IMG/VR virus record: IMGVR_UViG_3300029807_000001 | Coordinates: 1 to 64,000 of that record | Length of the DNA: 64,000 nt | Source of the DNA: a virus | Direction: 5' to 3' (one strand) | Shown: piece after piece, positions 55,370-64,000 of the stretch | Layout of the letters: each line of letters begins with the position of its first letter | Position numbering within the stretch: position 1 is the first letter of the stretch | Made by a program: the position numbers and the translations under genes | Notes under the pieces: generated by a model | Database searches by the model: none | Told to the model about the DNA's origin: nothing | Seen by the model: the letters and a program-made list of their open reading frames with translations, nothing else

Positions 55370-58300
55370 TAAGCTGGTAATGTTAGGTCACCAGTAGGTA
55401 CTATGTCTACCATTTGACCACAGTTGTTAAAGATTAATACTTTTCTTGTTGCAGTAATGGTAACTAGACCGCTAGGAGAACATTGTACGGACATTCCGTC
55501 AATAATAGGCTGTTCAATTCCTGACATACTATAATCTTGAAACTTATCTTTGAAGTCTAGCTCAATATTACAGCTACCAAGGTCTGTAGCTTGTAGACAT
55601 GCTCCGAGAGATATCTCTGCCGCTCCACTGATACCTCCTATGTCCATATACACTCCCACCTCCGCTTGGCATCCGTCTGCGGTTAGTTGATTCAGGTTTA
55701 GTCCCTTACCGTACACTAACGTACTTACGAAACCCGCAGGGCTGCTAGAACTCACACAGCTAGTGCTGTTACTCATGTTTATACCAGCCCCAATCCATGC
55801 GTCACAGCTATTATTAGGAGTCTGCATCCTGATTCCGTTACCAGCTTTAAGTACACTAGCAAGTCTAGTACTATCGGGAGTACCAGTTACGCAAGCAGCA
55901 ATAACGTCTGGATGAAAACCAGCCTGAATATCTACAACGCATATATCATCGTCTTGTGGATCAATTCTAAATCCTTTACCGAAGTTTAATGTGGTATAGT
56001 TTTGTAGTGTTAAGTGACCACTAGGACTGAGGTATCCGAATCCAGCATTGGTCTCATCAAAACAGAATGTCTCACTAGACATTTGAGTATTAGACTTATG
56101 ACTTATAATAGAATATTCACATTCGTAAGGGTCGAACTCTGCTATAACAACGTCACCAGATTTCATGCAAGCATAGCCAACCTTATCTACAGCCATGAAT
56201 TGAGGAGTAGCGATAGGACTACCACCAGAATCGTATAGTGTGGGTCCGCTAGTCTGTGATGCCACACCAGAACCTAGTGGATCAATATCCGATTGTAACG
56301 TTCCTACTAACGATCTAAATTGCGGAATTGTCCAAACGGCTCTCGCACGATCCCATCTGAAATCAACGGGACCAACAGGCCACGACTTAGACTTACGTAG
56401 GAAGTCATCCATGAACTTGTGTTCTAGGTTTGTTTCCGCGAAATTACCACTACCAGCAGCGCCTTCTGAATCTACTTTATTAGGAACTGGGAATCCGTCT
56501 AGATCATATCCCCATCCTTGCATTATCATTGGACCTCTAATAGCCATACCTCGGTATGTGTTATTGTGGTCAGATACTGTTATGTCTTGCGTATCTCCAT
56601 ATCCCTGAATAGGCATCACGATACTAGATGGTGGAACTCCAGTTCCGCGCCCTATCATTTCGATATCGTGGCCAACAGTAGGAGTATCAGTTCTATCGTC
56701 TGCTACACTGCTTCTAGAGAGTCCAGTAGGATTACTAAATGGGTCTAAGTAATTAATATCAATATCTAGATTGTAAGCGTTATAACTTCCTGCCTCACCC
56801 TCGATGTCTATTGGAGGTTGTGCTCCTCGACTTACCGTTTTTTGACAGTTGCTTGTCGGATTAGCATAGGTGGGAAGAGTAGCGTGAGTTGCTGTCGAGA
56901 TAGGACGTAACAATCCGTCCATACTCATAAGAGCCTTTTCTTCATACTTAGCAGCCATCTCTGTCGAAGCTTCTGCCACTGACACAGTACCTACTAATGA
57001 TCTATCGTATTCTCCAGAGTTCCACGGAATAATCTGCCCACCAAAAACTTCATGAGCAGTATTAGGTAAATTCTTTTGAGGCTCTAGTAGTACTCCAGGA
57101 GCTTTGCCAGCAGCCTTATTGATAGCGTCTATATTTTGGTTTCTCAGTCTATGTAAACCAAACGCACGTAACTGTTTATTAAAGTTTAGTCTTTGGCGAC
57201 CCACTTTCTTCATACGTTCAGCATTACCTCTAAAGAATCTACCGTATTTAGGAGTCCATGTTCTTAGATTGTATGTTGTCTGTAATCCTTCTGGACCTAC
57301 CGCCGTAGTTAGTCCTGTGATATTAGGTCCGTAGGTTCCGTCCCAAGGCAGTACGGCAGTGAAGTAGTAGTCAATTCCGCTTATTGCAGCGGTTCCGCTG
57401 GTTCTGTTTTCTACTAAGTTAGCACCGAGTCCACCGTTAAAGGGATTGCCGCTATCTGCCGCTAACAGTTCCGCTCCGAGAGGAAGGTCTGGACTACCAA
57501 TGACGGTAACCTGTCCCTCTTCGGCTACTTGCTGATTTGTAATCCCTTCGCTTGCTGTTGCATTACCCGCTAAGTTTAAGGTTGTGAAACCTCCATACTC
57601 CCAAGGTACTAGTCCGTCGTCATGAGTAACTTGTACTCCTCCTACAGCACCAGCAGCACCCCAAGGACCATAAGAGAGAATGTTAGATTTAATACCGAAG
57701 CCACACGCATCAGGAGTCTCGGCTCTATTAACTGCTGATAACGCCAGAAGCACTAAACCAAAGTTCTCTTGAGCATCTGCTATATTGTTGTTCTTAACTG
57801 CTCCCTTAAAATTCTGTAAGAGTTTATGCAGACCAGCAAAGTTAATGGCAATATCTGGATTATCTAGCGATACGTTTTTGATGGGGGTAGGCAAAGTTAC
57901 AATAGCTCTAGGACTAAATAGTGTAGATTTGTCTAGGTATACATATTCTTCGTTTACTCCAAGCTTTACCCATAACTTACCAGCGGTAGATATGTAATCA
58001 TTAGTACTTAATTCTGCTGATGTAACGCCATTAACATTATCAAATCTAGAGAAAGCTCCCAGTCTGTTGTCGTCTAAAGTAAAGAAGTCAGTTAAGATTC
58101 CTGGGTGGGCAAGTTCTAATACTGGACTCACTTCGGTCCAACCGCCCTCGTTTGGCTGTTCGCTTAACTGTATAAGACCGCTTTCCGAATCGGTACGTCC
58201 GCAAGTAAATGGAAGACGCACTTGATATGTCTTACCGTAATGAGTATCCGCTATCTTTTTAATCCATTTGAATCCTATTTGAGCAACTTCTAGTTGCATA

Positions 58301-59871
58301 TCTACATCATTAGCTTTAGGAGCGTTAGCCGCTGGAAGAAAATCTGCTGCTCTAAGAGCGTTGCCACCCGCTGCACCAAGATTCTTAATGATCTTGACCA
58401 TGCCTTGTATATTAACAGCTCCTTTGAGGTTTGGCAGCACTAAGGCTTGATATAATTCTGTGTTAGTATTAGCTGCAAAACTTAACCATATATCATACCC
58501 AGACTGTGCGGCTACTAACTCGTCTTCGCCTATCTCTAACGTTGCTGCTATAGCTCTATTGTATTTTGGGTCTACTAGTTGTATAGCTAGGTCGTCAGTG
58601 AAGGCATCGAAGAACCACCATCCGTCTCCATCTAGCTCTGGAACGATAGCATTACCAGTGTTAGGATTAAGACCGAAGTATGGTATAATCATGTCATCAG
58701 CTTCTGGAGGAACTGGTTGACCGTCGCCTTCTGGATCGTCGCTTTGTTCTGCCTGATAGAAACTGTTCTTTGGACCTCCTACTACAAAAGCCTGCGTAAT
58801 GTCATTACGTAGTTCACGGCCTTTATTGTAACTGATAACTTTGCGGTCGGCAGATGCGACAAACGTATCAATACTATTTAGTGCAGGAGCGTTAACTCTA
58901 TCGGCAGTTCTGATCTTGATAAACTTATGGATTCCCGAACCTAGAACTCCACCAACAACTGGAACTAACTCTATGTAGTAGTCATGTCCAGAATCTTGAG
59001 TGATCTGAGATATGGTGTCCATGATAGAGGTACTAACGCCATTGAATCTCCAGTAAGTAGGAGCGGTAGGTAGTTCATTAAGGTCGAGGAAGTAGTAAGC
59101 TAAATTGCCAACGTCAGCAGGCATAATACCCATACCAGAAGCGGGAAATGATGAAGGAGCCTTGAACGCCAGTCTACCGTAAGGAGACCAGATATTGGTT
59201 GTGGCAGGGAACGAAGATAGTAAGATACGCTGAGCACTAAGAATCTGGTTCCACTGCATACCATTGTGATTAACATCTGCCCCACCATAGAATTCAGCAG
59301 GAGAGCCGAATACTGTACCGTCAACGCTACCATCTCCAGCACTGTATACTCCTGGAGCAGATTGAAACGTCTCTGGGCATGAAACGCCGAACGTTTCCAT
59401 ATATCCAAATGCATTGATAAGATTATATACGCTACCTACACTTCCAGCATACTCATTAATGATGATCTGTGCATTGTCTAGTATAGCACGAGGATCTACT
59501 ATCTTAATTTGGTATGTAGGATTACCAGATATAGAGTGGCTCTCTTCCCAGCTTTGCACCTGACCAGCAAACTCAAAGTCTCCGACTCTAAAGTATACGG
59601 GAGCACCAATGATATTGGTAGTCAGTCCGAAGAAGCCTGGATCGGCTATGGTCCAGTCTTGTTCGGTCAGGTCGGTATCGAAGTACTTCTTAGGTGATCC
59701 AGCAGGAGGAGCACATGTGTCTTCCACCACCTGTACCGTGATCTCTGACTGCTGTTCATTCCATCCAGCAGACGCGGAGAAAGACATAACGCTGCATCCT
59801 AAGAACATCGTCTGGTCGAATCCTCCCCAAATGTTACCAGGAGTACATGTATTTTTTACTGGAGTGGCCAT
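55360..59871 (-). CDS. large virion tail/baseplate protein (1503 aa)
   Basis: Beta/Gly-rich, lying downstream of the tape-measure-like gene. Confidence 0.6.
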   Translation of the reverse strand: MATPVKNTCTPGNIWGGFDQTMFLGCSVMSFSASAGWNEQQSEITVQVVEDTCAPPAGSPKKYFDTDLTEQDWTIADPGFFGLTTNIIGAPVYFRVGDFEFAGQVQSWEESHSISGNPTYQIKIVDPRAILDNAQIIINEYAGSVGSVYNLINAFGYMETFGVSCPETFQSAPGVYSAGDGSVDGTVFGSPAEFYGGADVNHNGMQWNQILSAQRILLSSFPATTNIWSPYGRLAFKAPSSFPASGMGIMPADVGNLAYYFLDLNELPTAPTYWRFNGVSTSIMDTISQITQDSGHDYYIELVPVVGGVLGSGIHKFIKIRTADRVNAPALNSIDTFVASADRKVISYNKGRELRNDITQAFVVGGPKNSFYQAEQSDDPEGDGQPVPPEADDMIIPYFGLNPNTGNAIVPELDGDGWWFFDAFTDDLAIQLVDPKYNRAIAATLEIGEDELVAAQSGYDIWLSFAANTNTELYQALVLPNLKGAVNIQGMVKIIKNLGAAGGNALRAADFLPAANAPKANDVDMQLEVAQIGFKWIKKIADTHYGKTYQVRLPFTCGRTDSESGLIQLSEQPNEGGWTEVSPVLELAHPGILTDFFTLDDNRLGAFSRFDNVNGVTSAELSTNDYISTAGKLWVKLGVNEEYVYLDKSTLFSPRAIVTLPTPIKNVSLDNPDIAINFAGLHKLLQNFKGAVKNNNIADAQENFGLVLLALSAVNRAETPDACGFGIKSNILSYGPWGAAGAVGGVQVTHDDGLVPWEYGGFTTLNLAGNATASEGITNQQVAEEGQVTVIGSPDLPLGAELLAADSGNPFNGGLGANLVENRTSGTAAISGIDYYFTAVLPWDGTYGPNITGLTTAVGPEGLQTTYNLRTWTPKYGRFFRGNAERMKKVGRQRLNFNKQLRAFGLHRLRNQNIDAINKAAGKAPGVLLEPQKNLPNTAHEVFGGQIIPWNSGEYDRSLVGTVSVAEASTEMAAKYEEKALMSMDGLLRPISTATHATLPTYANPTSNCQKTVSRGAQPPIDIEGEAGSYNAYNLDIDINYLDPFSNPTGLSRSSVADDRTDTPTVGHDIEMIGRGTGVPPSSIVMPIQGYGDTQDITVSDHNNTYRGMAIRGPMIMQGWGYDLDGFPVPNKVDSEGAAGSGNFAETNLEHKFMDDFLRKSKSWPVGPVDFRWDRARAVWTIPQFRSLVGTLQSDIDPLGSGVASQTSGPTLYDSGGSPIATPQFMAVDKVGYACMKSGDVVIAEFDPYECEYSIISHKSNTQMSSETFCFDETNAGFGYLSPSGHLTLQNYTTLNFGKGFRIDPQDDDICVVDIQAGFHPDVIAACVTGTPDSTRLASVLKAGNGIRMQTPNNSCDAWIGAGINMSNSTSCVSSSSPAGFVSTLVYGKGLNLNQLTADGCQAEVGVYMDIGGISGAAEISLGACLQATDLGSCNIELDFKDKFQDYSMSGIEQPIIDGMSVQCSPSGLVTITATRKVLIFNNCGQMVDIVPTGDLTLPAYCE

Positions 59872-60212
59872 CTAGGTTCCTTAGCTGAGCTATATATAGT
59901 AGCATGTGCCTGTTCTTTTTGAGACTCTTCAAATTCATTCATCTTGCCTAGTACACTAGACAACTCTCTAGAGTTAGACCTTAAAGAACTACGTTTCACT
60001 ACGTAGTTTTTGTACCACTTAAAGAAATGTTTGACAGTTGCTGTTCTTTCGTCATCTTTTGCCGTGTAGAATATAGTTCCATTTATACTTCCATGATGCC
60101 ACGTCCATAAGTCTCTAACATCATTATATTCTACGGTTATTGGTCCTATCTTAGTCTCTAGTACTAGATTACATAGTGTGGGATGTTTCCCTGTTACGTA
60201 CTTTACAATCAT
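59856..60212 (-). CDS. hypothetical protein
   Basis: AAGGAG RBS on the - strand. Confidence 0.55.
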   Translation of the reverse strand: MIVKYVTGKHPTLCNLVLETKIGPITVEYNDVRDLWTWHHGSINGTIFYTAKDDERTATVKHFFKWYKNYVVKRSSLRSNSRELSSVLGKMNEFEESQKEQAHATIYSSAKEPRWPLQ

Positions 60213-60227
60213 CTTATAACTCCTTGT

Positions 60228-61802
60228 TTAGCAGAATGAAGTAGAAATAGTTCCACTACAATCTGAATATGTCCATCCTACAGACCTAGTGTATCTGCCA
60301 GTAATCGGGTTCCAACTCTCGTTATCGGCGTGCTTGAATACTTGATTATACACGTCAGTGAGCTGAGTTTCAAAACTACATAGTAAATTTTCCACATTTT
60401 CTGTAGGCTTGTTTAAATCTAGATCTGTGATCACAGAACATCCAGTAGGAGAAGGCATTACTGCCTCAATAGAAACCTCTCTGGTTCGTTCGGTAACTGT
60501 AGAAATAGCCTGTAAAACTGGTCCTTGTGGGCGACCTAATACTGCTAACTTGGCGAAAACATCTGTCGGATGGTTGTCCGAAATGGTAAAGTTCTCACTT
60601 AAAGCACCAGTAATGAAGGCGCACGGTCTATCATTGAATTCGTAACTGTATGTTATCACACCTTTAGAAGGTTGATGTCCAATTGTCTTGTTTGTAGCGT
60701 TAGGATTCAGGAAGGTAGAATGATCCTGCTGGAATATGAATTGAGCACGAGGGTATATCCTGTCCTGTAAGGTGGACCACGCTGTATTAGCGTTATCGTA
60801 TGCGGCTGTTGTAACGGGACCAGTAGCGGAATTTAGTTCCGTGTAATCCCGAACCTCCAAGCCTTTGATCTGACCTTCTACAGATACATTTACCTTACCG
60901 TCGTCTATTCCCTGCCTAATATTTACGGTGAAGTCTTCGGTCATGTTTCTTGCCGCTGCTCCAAGTCCAGTCTGATTTCCGATGATAAACCACGACTCGG
61001 TGAGACTCACGCTACCATCCGTTTCATTGACTGTGTGTGCTCGCATGTGATCGAACTCACCGAAGTTTCCCGCACCAGCTAGATTAGTCCAGCCAGATAG
61101 AGAGTGACCCCAAGCTTGTTCGTTATATCCAAAGTTTAGATACACACCAGTTAACCATGCCATAGCATTATCTGCGGCACTAGTAGGAGTACCAGTTAGA
61201 CCTGGACCTACCCAGCTTTGTTTGCCCTTGGCAGTAACGGTGTGAGTTACACGCGCTTCAAACGGATTGTTCTGGTCGCCAGAGCTATAATCACTGCTAG
61301 GGTCTTGATTTGTAAGAGACGATAAATCCCATGTAAAGTGTTTCTGATCTTCTACGAACTCCATTGACCACTCTTCGGTATAGTCCTCAATGAACGGAGG
61401 AGCCTCAGTACCAGCGACTGGATGTTCGTTTAGTTCGTCTGTATTGTATTCGATCTCGATGCTGAAAGGTACAGTCTGCACCCAGTTGTTATTAGATTCC
61501 GCAAAGTTTACGCTAACTACCTTTGGATAGATTTGCATAACTACAGTAGAATCGCACTTTATCTCTAATAGTTTTCCGCTTCTGTTAAAGCCTGTACGCA
61601 GAGCTTCCATGAGACTGTCGGTCTGAATCAGTCCAGTCACACCGTCAGGCAGGGGAGTAAGTAGACCGTTCAAAGTCATGCTGAACGTATAGCCTAGAGG
61701 ATCGGTACGGTTTAGCACCTGATGATCTTGTCTACTAATTGTTACGAGAGGTACGGGAGAAAATGCGTAATCTCCATACGTCATTGTTGTTGCGTTAGCC
61801 AT
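60228..61802 (-). CDS. virion tail/baseplate-hub-like protein
   Basis: Immediately follows the tape-measure-like gene and is beta-rich. Confidence 0.55.
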   Translation of the reverse strand: MANATTMTYGDYAFSPVPLVTISRQDHQVLNRTDPLGYTFSMTLNGLLTPLPDGVTGLIQTDSLMEALRTGFNRSGKLLEIKCDSTVVMQIYPKVVSVNFAESNNNWVQTVPFSIEIEYNTDELNEHPVAGTEAPPFIEDYTEEWSMEFVEDQKHFTWDLSSLTNQDPSSDYSSGDQNNPFEARVTHTVTAKGKQSWVGPGLTGTPTSAADNAMAWLTGVYLNFGYNEQAWGHSLSGWTNLAGAGNFGEFDHMRAHTVNETDGSVSLTESWFIIGNQTGLGAAARNMTEDFTVNIRQGIDDGKVNVSVEGQIKGLEVRDYTELNSATGPVTTAAYDNANTAWSTLQDRIYPRAQFIFQQDHSTFLNPNATNKTIGHQPSKGVITYSYEFNDRPCAFITGALSENFTISDNHPTDVFAKLAVLGRPQGPVLQAISTVTERTREVSIEAVMPSPTGCSVITDLDLNKPTENVENLLCSFETQLTDVYNQVFKHADNESWNPITGRYTRSVGWTYSDCSGTISTSFC

Positions 61803-61804
61803 AT

Positions 61805-64000
61805 TTATACCGTATTAAAACCGAAGGATTCTTTGGTCTCTCCAGTGATAGGATTGATAGTGTTTATTAATGCTCTCTGTATCTGACCTTCAACAAGTTG
61901 TGCAAGTGCTGGTTGCATATTTTCAAATGCTTCTGCACCATTGATGACTACGTTGACTTGTATTGGTGCAGACTCAATTTGAATCGTCTCTGGTATGTTA
62001 ATATTTTGTAATTGCTTCGCTAAGTTATTAAGTCCATTAAGAGCTACTGTTAACTGGTTTGCAGCACCAGCAAATCCATTAAGGGCATTTATACCTTGAG
62101 GATTTAATAACCCTCCCTGACCTCTTACCTTGCGGACTCTACCTTCCGCGACGTTCTGAAGACCGCCTCCGTTTGGATCTCTCCCTAGTCTTCTATCCTC
62201 GTGCCTCTGATCACGGGCCGCTTCTTCTTCTCTAATTCTAGCCTGATTTGCTTCATGAACGGCTTGTCTTTGTCTTGGTCCAGGGAGTTGCTGTGGAACT
62301 CTAGCGGCTTGAGCTTGCCGTTGAGGAACAACACCCCCGCCTCCTCCAGCCAGTCCTCGTATAGCATTTAGTTGAGCATCAAATAGTTTATTTAAATTAC
62401 CTAGTAGATTATCAGACTGAGTTTGTAAGACCCCTACTTGCTGATCTAAAGCAAACAACTGTTTATCAGCCAACTGCTGGAACGTTTTAATTAAATTAGC
62501 TTCTTGATCTTGACCTTCTAAGTCTCCAAAAAACTTCTGCAAGAACTTACCAGCAGGACCAGCCTTGTCTAGTCCTAACGCGTCTAGATTCCCTTTTGCT
62601 ACTCTGTCTCTAGCCGCCCTAGCCTGCTCCTTTGGAAGTAAGTTTATGATATCATTTAAGAACTTGTTGCCAGCAGCGAATCCTTTAGCATCTACCTTAC
62701 CTCCACCTAGTATAGCAGCGGCTCCAGCTATGCCTCTGTTAAGCTCGGCTGCTGCTTTAGGATCAAGTTGTGCGGCGCGTAAGTTTGCAACGAACCCACG
62801 GCCCTTTTCTCTTCTTTGCTGAATCTCTGCAATCTTACCTTCTATTGCTGTTAAAGCATTAGTACTCGTAGCATTTAGTTGTAAAGCTTTTTCTAGTTCT
62901 TTACCTTGACGGGTGTTGTCAGCAAATTCAGCGATCAGTTCTGTTTGTTCTTGTCGTCCAGCGTCTGGTTGTCTAGCTCTTATAGCTTCATTTCTTCTCT
63001 GTAGGGAGATAAGACGATCTGCCAGAACCCTTGAGTCTGTTGACCCACCAGCCCCACCTCCTAACGACGCGTCACGAACTCTTGCTTCTGTAATGCCTAG
63101 TATATCCTGTATGCTTACTTCTTTACCTTGTAAGCCTTTTAGTTGATTAGCTCTCTGGGCTGTGATTTGTACTATTCTATCTTGTACGTCAGCAGCTTTT
63201 AGTTGAGACTGAGCATATAGATTTGCGTTCTTGGCAAATTCGTTTATAACTTTTTCTACACTATTAACCGCTGCGGAAAGTGCGTCTTGAGCCTTTTTAG
63301 TTGCTGGAGTAGCAGTTGTACTTACGACTTTATCTATCTGACTTTGAGTTACACCCTTAGCCTGTCTTTTACCTCCAAACAATTGTCTAGCGCTAGATTC
63401 GAATTGATTCCTGATTACGTCTCCCAATCCTCTTAGAATATCGCTGTCTTTAAGAGCATTCTCGAATACTGTTGCAGCGCTATCTGCATCAACCGCACTT
63501 CCTTTAGCAATAGCTTCGGCTAAAATGGCCGCGCCTTCATTACGTAGTATACTAGCATCGTTAAACGCTTTTTCTAGTTTATCAATATCTGAACCACCAC
63601 CAGTGAAACTTCTTAATTGATTAAAGCTTTGGTCAATCTGACCTTGTCCCACAATTCCAAGATTCTTACTGAGCTTATTAAACTTTACCGTAGCGATACT
63701 ATTAAAGCCATTAGCTATGGTGTCTAGCGATGCTCGAAACGACTGTCCTGCTGTTGCTGCTACTGTAGCTTTAGAAGCCATATTTAATAGGTCAATTCCT
63801 AGTAAGTCCATCTCTTTACGAGCCTCGCCAGCCGCTTTTGCCGACGCAAGTAGTTGATCCTGTAAAAGCTTGTCCGCACTTATTCTGTCCGCTATGACTA
63901 AACCTAGCGCAACATCATCAGGACGGTCTGCATCAGGAGCTGCTAGAAAATTCTTTCTACTAGCATCATCTAAAGATCCTATAAATGCCAGAGCGTCTTG
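61805..64000 (-). CDS. tape-measure-like protein, C-terminal part (5'-truncated)
   Basis: The frame stays open from 63811 to the window end (checked by hand). Ala/Gln/Gly-rich and helical. Confidence 0.65.
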   Translation of the reverse strand, partial: QDALAFIGSLDDASRKNFLAAPDADRPDDVALGLVIADRISADKLLQDQLLASAKAAGEARKEMDLLGIDLLNMASKATVAATAGQSFRASLDTIANGFNSIATVKFNKLSKNLGIVGQGQIDQSFNQLRSFTGGGSDIDKLEKAFNDASILRNEGAAILAEAIAKGSAVDADSAATVFENALKDSDILRGLGDVIRNQFESSARQLFGGKRQAKGVTQSQIDKVVSTTATPATKKAQDALSAAVNSVEKVINEFAKNANLYAQSQLKAADVQDRIVQITAQRANQLKGLQGKEVSIQDILGITEARVRDASLGGGAGGSTDSRVLADRLISLQRRNEAIRARQPDAGRQEQTELIAEFADNTRQGKELEKALQLNATSTNALTAIEGKIAEIQQRREKGRGFVANLRAAQLDPKAAAELNRGIAGAAAILGGGKVDAKGFAAGNKFLNDIINLLPKEQARAARDRVAKGNLDALGLDKAGPAGKFLQKFFGDLEGQDQEANLIKTFQQLADKQLFALDQQVGVLQTQSDNLLGNLNKLFDAQLNAIRGLAGGGGGVVPQRQAQAARVPQQLPGPRQRQAVHEANQARIREEEAARDQRHEDRRLGRDPNGGGLQNVAEGRVRKVRGQGGLLNPQGINALNGFAGAANQLTVALNGLNNLAKQLQNINIPETIQIESAPIQVNVVINGAEAFENMQPALAQLVEGQIQRALINTINPITGETKESFGFNTV

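Noticed and set aside
1-64000. Alternative genetic code (stop-codon reassignment)
   Set aside because: Core genes are full length and tile tightly under code 11, TAG, TGA and TAA are all used as stops, and no suppressor tRNA is seen.
1-64000. Apparent abundance of CTAG-containing sites
   Set aside because: This is a visual impression only, probably from CTA-Leu codon use. It needs a k-mer count I cannot run.

Overview
A 64-kb segment of a large, jumbo-type dsDNA bacteriophage genome read with the standard code 11. Genes are densely packed on the + strand from 1 to 55004 and on the - strand from 55058 to 64000. In order, the window holds: the 3' end of a Ro60/TROVE gene; an SPFH lipoprotein and other envelope genes; a cluster of 10 tRNAs interleaved with several non-tRNA structured RNAs; a sugar-modification cluster (radical SAM, GDP-fucose synthase, glycosyltransferases); nucleotide metabolism (dut, thyA, dCMP deaminase, class II RNR nrdJ, dNMP kinase); replication and recombination genes (ligase, RecA-like, DnaB, primase, Cas4-like nuclease, an intein-less split DnaE, DnaQ-like, SSB); two sigma factors; ClpP, GroES, PhoH and MazG-like genes; a second glycosyltransferase cluster; and convergent virion/tail genes. 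The most unusual element is at 28343-30739: a chain of 14 overlapping 46-98 aa mini-genes, six of them missing from the ORF track. Their bodies are unrelated, but each carries a basic stretch followed by an ERLYGK motif. The DNA of that motif (consensus GGAG-CGT/AGA-CTN-T-ATG-GCAAA) doubles as the Shine-Dalgarno and start codon of the next mini-gene. All product calls are from motif recognition by eye; no searches were run.
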